The notes under the pieces are model-generated. The model saw only the letters and a program-made list of their open reading frames with translations. It was not told where the DNA came from and ran no database searches. Made by a program: the position numbers and the translations under genes. A stretch of 63,583 nucleotides of DNA, counting the filler, from Octopus bimaculoides (Eukaryota): assembly GCF_001194135.2 (NCBI RefSeq). It is 6 parts of 6 records of this genome, joined end to end, with 100 filler letters (N's around TTAATTAATTAA, not from the genome) between each part and the next. Parts side by side here need not be neighbours in the genome. Positions count along the whole stretch, not along the records: positions 46,133 to 58,990 come from NC_068996.1; positions 59,091 to 60,372 come from NW_026435104.1; positions 60,473 to 61,601 come from NW_026302370.1; positions 61,702 to 63,583 come from NC_068987.1; 2 more parts are not named here. One strand, written 5' to 3'. Shown piece after piece: positions 52,340 to 63,583 of the stretch (position 1 is its first letter; each line of letters opens with the position of its first letter).

Positions 52340-53990
52340 GTAAAACATTTCAATTCTTCTTTGCTTTTTGGCAAATTCATCGATCACTTTTCTATAAAAT
52401 GCATCAGCACTACGCTCTGCCTTCCTCTTCTTCAAAATGTTTTTATTCATGGATATGAAGACCAAATTATTCATTCTCTCTTCACTTTGAGAACATCTCA
52501 TACTATTATTTACACACTTTAAAGAAGAAAACGATCTTTCACAGGATGCAGATGTGGCAGGTATGTTCAGAATCAGACATTAATTTTGTTACTTCTGCCA
52601 GAGCTTGGTTTAATTCAAGTTCTCATATTATATCTGCTACTTCTTGGATGCTTGATGCCTGCTTTGCAAAATATGCAGTATAAACTGATTTGAGCTTGCA
52701 TTTCAGTCCATCTAATTCCAATATATTTTTGTAGGCATTCAGAGATGAAAATGCTTCCATCAGAAATTGTTTCTCATAAGTATGAAAAAGCTTCGGATTC
52801 AACAATTCAACAAATTTGAAATCTTGCATCGTTTTAAATCTTTGCTCAACGTGAACAATAATTTCGTCTAAAATGTTGTCAAACAAAGTTCTTAAAACCA
52901 TCGGGCTCGCTCCATCATAAGTTTGTGATGAATATTTGACCACATTTGAATTCATTGACAAATTTTCGAACAACTTCAGTTAGTGATGCAGCTCTTCTAT
53001 CTTTATTGACATCGACATAACCCAAAAACCCTTCTTGATGCTTATCCTCATCAACAAATCGTAAAACACGCGACAATTGAGATTTCATTCGCAGATCTGT
53101 AGTTTCATCAAACATAACAGCAACAAATGATGTTTTTCGATCATTGTCCTAATTTCACCTTCAATTGTGGCAGCTATACAATTAATAATCATATTTTGAA
53201 TGTCACTTGAAAGACCAGAAAACGTGCAGTTGGCGTTTTTCTTCACGAAATCTAAATGCGATCTTAATCAACTATCATACGTATTCCGCTACTGCTTCAC
53301 AGAGAGCGAGAAAATTTCCCTTATTTGGTTCTTCTGTTTCATCGTGTCCTTGAAATGGTAATTCTTGACAAGCTAAAATTTCGATGCAGTGAATTAGCCT
53401 TTTCAATATATCACGACTTGTTTCAACTGTTCAATTATGCAAGTGAATCGAAGCAGCTTTTAAGGGATCAATTGCGGTATCAGTTCGTTGTTGACCAAAG
53501 GTTTTCAGAGCAATGACAGAATTCAGATGGTTCTGAGATTTTTTGTGTTTTTGCCAAAGCTGTAATCAAATTGTTCAAACCACAGTAGCCAGAAGTTGTC
53601 CATGTGTTCTTAAGTAGACAAAATAACAGACATGTGAAACGAAACAATTTGTTTAGAATGATACATCCTGTCATCCACTCATACACTTCGTCAAAATAAC
53701 GATGGCATTCCTTACTACCCACTTTAGTCTTGATTTTCAGTTCAAGCTTTGATTTCTCTCTTCCAAGAAAAATAATCTCCTTTTTCTTTTCGAAGCTTCT
53801 TGCTGCAAAAGGTCGCGAAAGTAGAGAGGTTGCTGAGTTACTTGACTCTTTTGCCATTTTGTGGGCACATGAAAGCTTGAAAGAAGTTACTGAGTTTTGA
53901 TTTCGTTTTTGATGAATCAACAAAAATCTAGCAATAAATCTAGCAGCAAAATTAGGCTTTGATTTAATTCTAAATTTTAAATATTTAGAA
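52340..53990 (-). mobile_element. Degenerate hAT transposase of the ZMYM1/DUF4371 type
   Basis: TTF-like finger (YEWMTGC..LNKLF.F.CLLF), FDETTD....QLSRVLRFV, C-terminal dimerisation motif (SASCERSFSSLK...EERMNNL); frameshifted. Confidence 0.82.
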
Positions 53991-54982
53991 TTAAATTTTA
54001 AAGCATTGGATGGCATTTTGGGAATTTAAGGACTTCAATTTCTCGTTTATTCGTGAAATATTTCATTGCTATTTCATAAGTCATAATTCATTCATGCAAC
54101 CACTACCCAGTGGGAAATGACAAAAAAAAATTCACGAGAAAATTATATGTTAAATTATCAATAATTAATTTTTCATTAAACAAAAATTTATTTATCCCAG
54201 AAAAGAAGGTATGCAATGCATGCGTTGCATACATGGACATTTCGTGCCTGATATGTATATATATATATATATTTATACGATGAGCTTCTTTCAGTTTCCA
54301 TCTACCAAATCCACTCACAAGGCTTTGGTCAGTCTGAGGCTATAGTAAAAAACACTTACCCAAGGTGCCAGGCAGTCGGACTGAACCCGGAACCATGTGG
54401 TTGGAGAACAAGCCTCTTTCCACACAGCCACGTCTGCGCCTTGTATATTTGTTTTAGCAACAACATCTCGTCGTAATGGAAGAGAATGCCTCGATGACAT
54501 TTTTCGGCAGCCGCTGGTCGCATATGTTATGTTCAGCACAGAAAAGTAGCCTAATCGATATTTACGATGGCATTTTGGGAATTTAAGGTCTTCATTTTCT
54601 CGTTTATTCATGAAATATNNNNNNNNNNNNNNNNNNNNNNNNNNNNNNNNNNNNNNNNNNNNNNNNNNNNNNNNNNNNNNNNNNNNNNNNNNNNNNNNNN
54701 NNNNNNNNNNNNNNNNNNNNNNNNNNNNNNNNNNNNNNNNNNNNNNNNNNNNNNNNNNNNNNNNNNNNNNNNNNNNNNNNNNNNNNNNNNNNNNNNNNNN
54801 NNNNNNNNNNNNNNNNNNNNNNNNNNNNNNNNNNNNNNNNNNNNNNNNNNNNNNNNNNNNNNNNNNNNNNNNNNNNNNNNNNNNNNNNNNNNNNNNNNNN
54901 NNNNNNNNNNNNNNNNNNNNNNNNNNNNNNNNNNNNNNNNNNNNNNNNNNNNNNNNNNNNNNNNNNNNNNNNNNNNNNNNNN

Positions 54983-55015
<33 letters not shown>

Positions 55016-55494
55016 CAGTTCAGTTTCCGTCTAAAGTAGAAGATACTTGCCCAAGGTGCCAGGTAGTGGGACTGAACCCGGAACCATGTGGTTGGAGAAC
55101 AAGCCTCTTTCCACACAGCCACGTCTGCGCCTTGTATATTTGTTTTAGCAACAACATCTCGTCGTAATGGAAGAGAATGCCTCGATGACATTTTTCGGCA
55201 GCCGCTGGTCGCATATGTTATGTTCAGCACAGAAAAGTAGCCTAATCGATATTTACGATGGCATTTTGGGAATTTAAGGTCTTCATTTTCTCGTTTATTC
55301 ATGAAATATTTCATTGCTATCTCCTGCCACCGGATTGCAAATGCATAATTTTCGTAACGTGACGTGCTGTAACGGTCACGACTCTAAGAGAGGCTACACT
55401 TCATGTTCATATTATAACTCACCTCATGTTTAAGGAAAACGTATTCATACATCACTTTTTTACGGTGCACAGTTTTCTCTTGCTAATGTTTGCT

Positions 55495-55730
55495 CAAGTG
55501 TGTATGTATGTGTGCATGTATATATGTGTGAATGTACGTACCTGTGTATGTATATATGCATGAATATATACATGTATGTATGCGTGCATGTATATATGTG
55601 TGTATGTACGTACCTGTGTATGTATATATGCATGAATATATACATGTATGTATGTGTGTATGTATATATGCATGCAAGTGTGAGTGTGTATCTACGTATG
55701 CATGGCTGTATGTGTATATGTATGTATAAA
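55495..55730. repeat. Compound (TG/TATG/TGCA) microsatellite with a duplicated ~68-bp unit
   Basis: gtacgtacctgtgtatgtatatatgcatgaatatatacatgtatgtatg occurs twice. Confidence 0.8.
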
Positions 55731-55753
55731 AAAGAACACAAAGAGGTTTTAGG

Positions 55754-55819
55754 TTTACGACAGCTGTTTCGGTATTCACAGATTACATCATGGTATAGAA
55801 TCCACCATCTTCAGGTAAA
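55754..55819 (-). ncRNA. Type I hammerhead ribozyme candidate (Penelope/retrozyme type)
   Basis: UUUAC-CUGAAGA-U-GGU(GG)AUUC...GAAUACC-GAAACAGCUG-UC/GUAAA; all core nucleotides present. Confidence 0.65.
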
Positions 55820-56389
55820 ACTTTAAACATTAAGGTAAAACATTAAGATAATTTGGTGATGACGAATCCAACCAACATTTCAGAATAAGTATGTATGTAT
55901 GTGTGTATGTATGTATGTATGTATGTATGTACGTATGTATGTATGTACGTATGTATGTGTGTATGTATTCTAGGCAAGTGTGCACCAAGCTGTAGAAATA
56001 TTCGGGTTGGTGTTCGAGGATGCAAGAAACCCTTGGGAATGACAAACCCCAGGTTTTGTGGAAGCATCTCTCTGTGACAGTGGCTCTCGTCTCGGATCCA
56101 TATGGCCCCTGAGGGTACATATAAGATTTGGGGAGGACCACGTAACAAAATAGTAAATTAGAAATCCAAAATAGTATATTAATAGTTCTTGAGCCGCCTA
56201 CATCATTAATTTCTTTTGCCATTAGCCTTTCACTCAGTCCTTTTTCCTACAGGTAGCATAATATTTTTTCGCCAATCATTATCAAAGCTGTAAAATAAGG
56301 AATAAGCAATTGGTATTTATATAATATATATGAAAATAAGAATAAAAAATTGAGCAACGATCGGGCCGCAGGTTGTATCATATTAAGAT

Positions 56390-56663
56390 ATCTTTTCTTT
56401 TACTTGTTTCAGTCATTAAACTGTGGCCATGCTGGGGCACTGCCATGAAGAATTTAAATCGAACGAGTCGACTTCAGTACTTATTTTTTAAAACCTGGTC
56501 CTTAGTCTATCGAAATATTTTGTTCAACCGCTAAGTTATGGGGGTGTAAACAGGCGGATACGGTTGTCAAGCGATGGTGAGGGACAAACACATACACAAA
56601 GAGACACACATACACACATATATATACACACACATATATATACACACACATACATACACACAC

Positions 56664-56707
<44 letters not shown>

Positions 56708-56786
56708 ACAGACAGATAGATAAACAGACAGATAGATAAACAGACAGACAGACAGATAGATAAACAGACAGACAGACAGACAAACG

Positions 56787-56817
<31 letters not shown>

Positions 56818-57001
56818 GGATAGATAGATAGATAGATAGATAGATAACAAGCTTCTTTGAGTTTCCATCTACCAAATTCACTCACAAGATTTGATCGACC
56901 CGAAGCTAGAATAAAAAGACATTTTACCAAGGTGTCATGTTGTGGGATTGAACACGGGAGACCATGTGACTGGGAAGCAAACTTTGTACCACACAGTCAC
57001 A
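56390..57001 (-). mobile_element. SINE family A with a greatly expanded (GATA/GACA)n insert
   Basis: Head, core and tail match 51362-51839. Confidence 0.85.
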
Positions 57002-58730
57002 AGTTGCCAAAGTTCATCTGTTAAAATCCGACGAAAAAAATACTTTTTGATTCAATCTGGTATAAACAGGACAGTCTTCTTTCAATTTCTGTCTACGAAA
57101 TCCATTCACAAGGCTTTGGTCGGCCTGAGACTATTGTAGATGACACTTGTCCAGTGTGCCATGCAGTGGGACTGAACCCGGAATCATGTAGATGGGAAGA
57201 AAACTTGTAACCACACAGCTTCAGTGACTGTCACTTAAATATTCCGATTCACCATATTCCAGTATCATTTTAAGAGGTCATATCTATTTAGAGGAAATGG
57301 ATTTTTCTGAAAGAGAGAAATGAACAAGAAAGGCTGTGGGGAAAGGCTTGTAGTAAGCAACGACGTTTAAAATACGATAATGGAGAAAAAAGAATGTGTT
57401 ATCAGATATGAAGTGAAAATTTCGAAACATTTCACAATATTTGAAAACAAATGCAGCATTATGAAAACTGTGGGCATTTTAATCATTGCTGTGAAATTGT
57501 TAGGAAATATGCCGATTCAGCCATGTTTGAAGCTGTTCGTGTAAGAAAGAAAACATTAAGGTAGAAGGATTTAAAATAGCAAAGCGTTACGAAACCTTTA
57601 GACTTGTAATAATTGTTGCTGTGAACTTGTTAGAAATATATCGATTCAGCTATTTTGGAAGCTGTAAATTTATGAGAGAAAACACTAAGATTTTAAAATA
57701 GCGAAGGTTGTTAATGTCTTTCTCATTATTAATTTTCACATTTAACGGATAAAGAGATGCAACATATTTTTGCCACTCAGCTTCACATTAAAGATGTCGG
57801 TTTCCTCTTTTCCCAATTATCTCTTTTAAAATTTTGCTGTCGTAAATTTCGATTACAATGTAGTGGTGGTGGTGGTGGTGATGGGTTGGGAGAATATTCG
57901 GCTTTGGTTCAGCTAAAAATATGTTGATTGTAGAAATTTTATGAATTGTTTTGTTTGTACGACTTTCAAAAATACCATTAAAATGCTCTAAGAACTAGGA
58001 CTAAAGAATTTCTGGTTAAAACTAACGTGCATACTTCGATTCTTTGAAAACGCTTCCTTTTTCCCTTACTATTTTTGTTTCTTTTCTTTTCCTTTCTGAA
58101 AGACCATTCACTTGACTTTATTCTCATTCGCTTTTCGTCAGCACCATTTTCATTCGGAGTGTTCAAAACTTAATTTTCCTTTCTTTTCTTTCTTTTTTAT
58201 TTTATTTTATTTTATTTATTGCAATAGTAACAACAGGCACATTATCAGATTCCTTTAGCTTAATTAAACAATTATTGAAATTTAAATAATACTGGGAACA
58301 TATGTTCTTTATTTTCCTGTAATTTCATAACTAATTATGAGACATCCAAATTACTAACATTATTATATTGGATAGCGTTCTCCTACTTGAATTTTACCGT
58401 TAAATTAATTAACAAGATTCCATAATTATTGCTTTTCATTCAAATTTAATGCTGAGAGTAATTATACAATTCCCACGCACATCTAAATTTACTTACATAT
58501 TTTAGTTTTGTTTGTATGCTGCTTTTTTGTTTTGCTTTGTTTTAATGTTTCAGCATTTAATGATATATAATTGATGAATATAACAACTGTTCTCCTTAGA
58601 CATTTCTTATCATATGAGGCTACAATTGGGAATTTGTGCATGTATACATCATGTATACATCTATACACGAGTGCCTATATATATAAATATAAATATATAC
58701 ATACATATATTTTTATATTATGTATATATA

Positions 58731-58955
58731 TACTCTTTTACTCTTTTACTTGTTTCAGTCATTTGACTGTGGCCATGCTGGAGCACCGCCTTTAGTCGAG
58801 CAAATTGACCCCAGGACTTATTCTTTGTAAGCCTAGTACTTATTCTATCGGTCTCTTTTGCCGAACCGCTAAGTTACGGGGACGTAAACACACCAGCATC
58901 GGTTGTCAAGCGATGTTGGGGGGACAAACACAGACACACAAACACACACATACAC

Positions 58956-58990
<35 letters not shown>
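58731..58990 (-). mobile_element. SINE family A, 3' half, cut by a spacer
   Basis: Near-identical to 13737-13960. Confidence 0.85.
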
Positions 58991-59090
58991 NNNNNNNNNN
59001 NNNNNNNNNNNNNNNNNNNNNNNNNNNNNNNNNNTTAATTAATTAANNNNNNNNNNNNNNNNNNNNNNNNNNNNNNNNNNNNNNNNNNNN

Positions 59091-59572
59091 ATATATATAT
59101 ATACACATATATATATATATATATATACACATATATATATATATATATATACACATATATATATATACATACATATATATATATACACACACATATATAT
59201 ATATATATACTTACATATGAATATATATCTATCTATCTATGTATATATATTATATATATATAAATATATACATACATTTATGTACATTTCTACACTTATA
59301 TATATACACACATATATATGAAGGCACGCGTTTGTACGTTATATATATTTATGTATGTATGTGTGTGTACTGATATATATTCATGGATGGATATATATAT
59401 ATATATATATGTATATATATTTTATAGACATATATGTACACACAATCACACATATATTTACCTCTGTATATATATACTTATGTGTGTGTATGTGTCAGTT
59501 TAAGTGCATATGTCTGCGTGTTTGTGTATCTACATGCAGTTTCTGTCCTACACCTACACACATACATTTATT

Positions 59573-59613
<41 letters not shown>

Positions 59614-59660
59614 NNNNNNNNNNATATATATATATATATATATATATAAAGATAGATAGA
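59091..59660. repeat. Degenerate (AT)n/(ACAT)n low-complexity tract
   Basis: Direct reading. Confidence 0.9.
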
Positions 59661-60678
59661 TAGAAATAGAGATACTCTTAGACATATATCGTATCATATT
59701 TGATAAATAATTTTAGAAAAAATACAAAAAACACACAGTGCTCGATAGAAAGATGAAGAGTAATATATTCACATATATAGAGCAATATGAAGTAACACAC
59801 ATAGTAACAGTTATGGGTTTCTTGGTGAAACTCTTTGAAGCCCTGCTTAACTCCCCATGCTAAAAGTAAATCTTGTAATATTCTGAAGGTGGAGATTTTC
59901 TTCTGAACTACTTTGGAAGGTGACTGACCGGGCCATTGAAGGTGTGAAGGTAAATGACCGAGCTACAGAGTGTGAATTATTTTCCTGTTAACGCCTACGA
60001 TGTGTTGTTAAATGAACTGGAAACGAAAGACCCCGCGGCTTCGTGCGATATTGAAGGAGAAGATAATATTATGGGTGCTTAAATGTGATCAAAGTTCATC
60101 AACGAAGAAGGGCGTAAAATGAAGAGGAAGGCGAAGAAAGGCGTGCAAAGGAAAGACTACATTATGGGGATAACATGGGAGGAGGGGGGGGGCGGAGGTG
60201 GAGGCAGAAGAGGAAGAGGCGAAGGAAGTTTGAAGAGGAAAGAGAGAGTGGAGGAAGGGAAAACAAAGCTATATTAAATGTCCGGTAGGTGGCGAGCTGG
60301 CAAAATTGTTACGGCGCCGGACCAAATGCTTAGCGGCATTTCGTCCGTCCGTCTTTACGTTCTCTGTTAAAANNNNNNNNNNNNNNNNNNNNNNNNNNNN
60401 NNNNNNNNNNNNNNNNTTAATTAATTAANNNNNNNNNNNNNNNNNNNNNNNNNNNNNNNNNNNNNNNNNNNNGAGAGTGTAGTGGGTGCTTTTACGTGCC
60501 ACCGGCACGAAGGCCAGTCATGTGGTACTGGCAACGATCTCGCTCGAATGTCTTTTCACGTGCCATTGGCACAAGTGCCAGGAAGGCGACGTTGGTAACG
60601 ATCACGCTCAAATGGTGCTATTTACATGTCACCGGCACGGAAGCAGGACAGCTGGTGCTCTGGCTAGTATATATATAT

Positions 60679-61601
60679 AAACAATATATGAGTATATGTA
60701 CATGTATGTACATACCTTCATCTACATGTACATCATCATCATCATGTACATATAGATGCATATCTGGGTACATGACGTTGCAAAAGAACATGGACAAAAT
60801 GATAAGCAAAGTACAACAAACAAGCAAGCCACAGAGAGAACATATCCATCATCAGCTGCCACCATTAAAACACTGGCGTTTTGAAGAGTTAGGGCAGGAT
60901 GCATCGTTAAAATGGCTCTTCCCACGAACACGAATTAAATTTTTTTCGTGGAGGATAGTGGCAGATGGAAAACAAGAGAGGAAAACGAAACGGTGAAATA
61001 AACAAACAAAAAGGCTGTACAGCCAGACGTGGAGAAGTGTGTGTGTATTGAACGCTGTGAAGCACGAACTGGAGAGGTGAAGAAGTGCGTGCGAAGCTTG
61101 GGGAGTCCAAGACCGAAAAGAAATAGCAACCGGACACACGTGACCAGTGAGTGGTAGGGAGAAAGAGTAGCAGAGGGAGAAGAAGAGGAGGAAGTAGAAT
61201 ATAAGTGAGCAATGAGAGGGAGAGAGATAGTAGTAGTGACAGTGAGAGGCGAAGGATGAGCAACGACAGATAGAGAGAGATAGATAGTAGTGACAGGGAG
61301 AGGCGAAGAACAGTAGAGGGAAGAATGAGAGGGAGATAGATATAGAGATAGAGAGAGTCGCGTTAGAAAAATAGTTCAAAACTTACTGTGTAAAGATAAC
61401 GCGTGCGTTCGATCGTGTGATACAAACAATATATGAGTATATGCATATATATGTACATGTATGTACATATAGATACATATTTGGCTACATGACGTTGCAA
61501 AAGAACACGGACAAAATGATAAACAAGGAACAACAAACAAGCAGGCCACAGGGAGAACATATCCTTCATCAGCTGCCACCATTAAAACACTGGCGTTTCG
61601 A
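60679..61601. repeat. Two diverged direct repeats (60679-60884 and 61424-61601) around a purine-rich spacer; possibly Penelope-like pseudo-LTRs
   Basis: catgacgttgcaaaagaaca.ggacaaaatgataa...catcagctgccaccattaaaacactggcgttt in both copies. Confidence 0.7.
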
Positions 61602-62499
61602 NNNNNNNNNNNNNNNNNNNNNNNNNNNNNNNNNNNNNNNNNNNNTTAATTAATTAANNNNNNNNNNNNNNNNNNNNNNNNNNNNNNNNNNNNNNNNNNN
61701 NGAATGCTTACGTAAATCAACATTATGTTGAATTTGAGAAACAATTTAATACGTTGTCTCTAACTTCCTCACCTTAACCACGATAACATAAAAAATATTC
61801 GATTAAGTGTATTGAGCGTTTGAATATACTGGAAATCACGAATTACTAAGAGAAATATACTGCAATAAATACACAAGAGAAAAGTTTTCAGACAGACACA
61901 AAACGACGAAATCCTGGTTATACATATCTTCACATATACCGGCGCGAATGCAATGCAACTGATATTGTTTTCAAGTCCCGCTGGGAAGGAAATTGCTTAC
62001 TAATCAAAATAAGTACGTACATCGTATTAATGTATAACTAAAAGTAATGGTCGAATTTTCCAACTCAAAATTCTCGAAGTATAGTTAACTAGAATGTTTG
62101 GACTGAGATTTAAGTTGGTTAAGGATTATAATAATGATAATAATAATAATTCATTCTTTTATTAGCCATAAGGGCTCACATAAAATAACATTAAATATTC
62201 TGCTCACTGCTACAGATTTGCTTGTCAGTTGATTGACCTTTACCAGTTGATCATGTCCATTAGTGGCTAACGATATGTGTATCTCTGATCATGAGTAGAA
62301 TTAGTGGGGGACCATCATAGCCATGAGTTGAGAGGAATTCTTTTGGGGTTTGGATAATTCATTTTTTGGAAATATGGGTGTCTTGTTCAACATAATTAAA
62401 CAGCCCTTGTTCAGGGACCTTTTGAGCAGGATTGGCTACTCGACCCAAAGAAAATTCTAACTGATCTCCACCTGCAAGATCATGCGCTGTTTATCTTGA

Positions 62500-62950
62500 C
62501 ACCACGACAATCCGACAAGGCATCCTCTACTCCCGCAGCTGTGATCAGCTTTTCACAGCATTCCGCTTCCCGCCCCGAGAGACGCGGCAATCAGGCGAGG
62601 AAGTCCGTAGGATCCATCCTGCGCTCTGGTTCATCGCTCCTCCCGAAAAGCTGGCCGAAATGCTCGTAAAAAAACTTGCATATCTCCTCGGGTTCCTTTC
62701 CCAATTGCCTGTTTTTATTCGTCACAGACCTTATTGTGGCATCGTTGCCATGTTGGGCATCTACCACACGGGTCCATCTCGATACGCCGATCCCTTCTCG
62801 TCCCATTTTGCGAAGCTTATTCCTGACAATACACCCCTCCTGTTGAGTCTCGAGGTGTTGGTTGAGCGCCAATCTCGCGGCCAACACTTCGGATGCACTG
62901 CCAGTCCTCAATACCTCTTCTAGTGCCTTAACTAAATTCATTTTTACTCT
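62500..62950 (-). mobile_element. Tx1/L1-like ORF2 fragment (EN-RT linker)
   Basis: EGCIVRNKLRKM...EICKFFYEHFGQLF...FLA*LPRLSGREAECCEKLITAAGVEDAL. Confidence 0.75.
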
Positions 62951-63309
62951 ATTCTGGCGTCTCGTTTCATGAAAATTTGAAAAGATACCTGAAATTTGGG
63001 TCTCAGCCATAAACCAGCATATCTTGGAATATTTAACCTTAGAAAATATTCAGAATTTACCATATAAAAATGGCATTTAAAAAAATCGCGTTTCTTTTGC
63101 AGTTCAGTGTATACAAAATGTATGAATATATATGATGTTTTCCTCTAGATACAAGAAAACCTCCGATTACGGCCTATCAAAGAAGCCTGCAAAACCAGGA
63201 TTACAGTGACCGGAAAGGGCACGAGCTTTCATGCAGCTGTTGATCTCCGATTGACGGTGCAACTCACCACCATTTACAAATTAACTGGTTATGAACACAA
63301 CTAGTATGA

Positions 63310-63331
63310 GCTGCTGCCGCTGCTGCTACTG

Positions 63332-63378
<47 letters not shown>

Positions 63379-63379
63379 G

Positions 63380-63430
<51 letters not shown>

Positions 63431-63583
63431 ATAATAATAATAATAATAATAATAACAATAATAATAATAATGATGATAATAATAAAATAAAGAAGAAAAA
63501 GAATAACAACATTAAAACAGCAACAACAAAAACAACAATAGCAGTAGCTGCAACAACAACAAAAACAATAATAATAATTATAA
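63310..63583. repeat. (GCT)-(ACT)n-(AAT)n-(AAC) compound trinucleotide array
   Basis: Direct reading. Confidence 0.92.

Noticed and set aside
54350-55320. ~270-bp near-identical duplication across the 54619-54982 gap
   Set aside because: Most likely an overlap or haplotype artefact; only the diverged 60-bp copy at 54009-54070 looks genuine, and it is unremarkable.
59847-59984. Minus-strand 45-aa Ser/Thr-rich frame (ENNSHSVARSFTFTPSMARSVTF...)
   Set aside because: Poor polypyrimidine tract, no homology, and it lies on a 1.3-kb isolated contig.
63149-63287. Plus-strand exon-like segment after ttttcctctag
   Set aside because: Weak donor, several equally plausible frames and no recognisable product.
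3581-63512. Dozens of 60-170 aa ORFs rich in HT/YI/CV/ER/LS/II/DD repeats
   Set aside because: They are frames through di-, tri- and tetranucleotide microsatellites or N gaps.

Overview
Repeat-saturated, AT-rich animal DNA. The SINE/RTE/microsatellite complement suggests an octopod cephalopod (inference). The window is not one contiguous molecule: five artificial 100-nt spacers (44 N + TTAATTAATTAA + 44 N) split it into six segments. The only recognisable host gene is an internal, five-exon fragment of 5-oxoprolinase (OPLAH) on the minus strand (27323-44146), with canonical GT-AG sites and consistent phases; its 5' and 3' exons were not found in the window. The rest is mostly decayed transposons: RTE, CR1, RLE-clade, Tx1/L1 and Penelope-like retroelements; tRNA-derived SINEs; mariner, Tigger/pogo, hAT, Helitron and Helentron-like DNA elements; several are cleanly nested. 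Most supplied ORFs are microsatellite or transposon translations. Best second-look items: two type I hammerhead-ribozyme folds (one with an intact core at 55754-55819, one variant at 46243-46278), inverted RTE copies bracketing OPLAH exons, an antisense exon-like unit next to an OPLAH exon, and a variable-copy ~65-bp double-hairpin module in the RTE 3' UTR.
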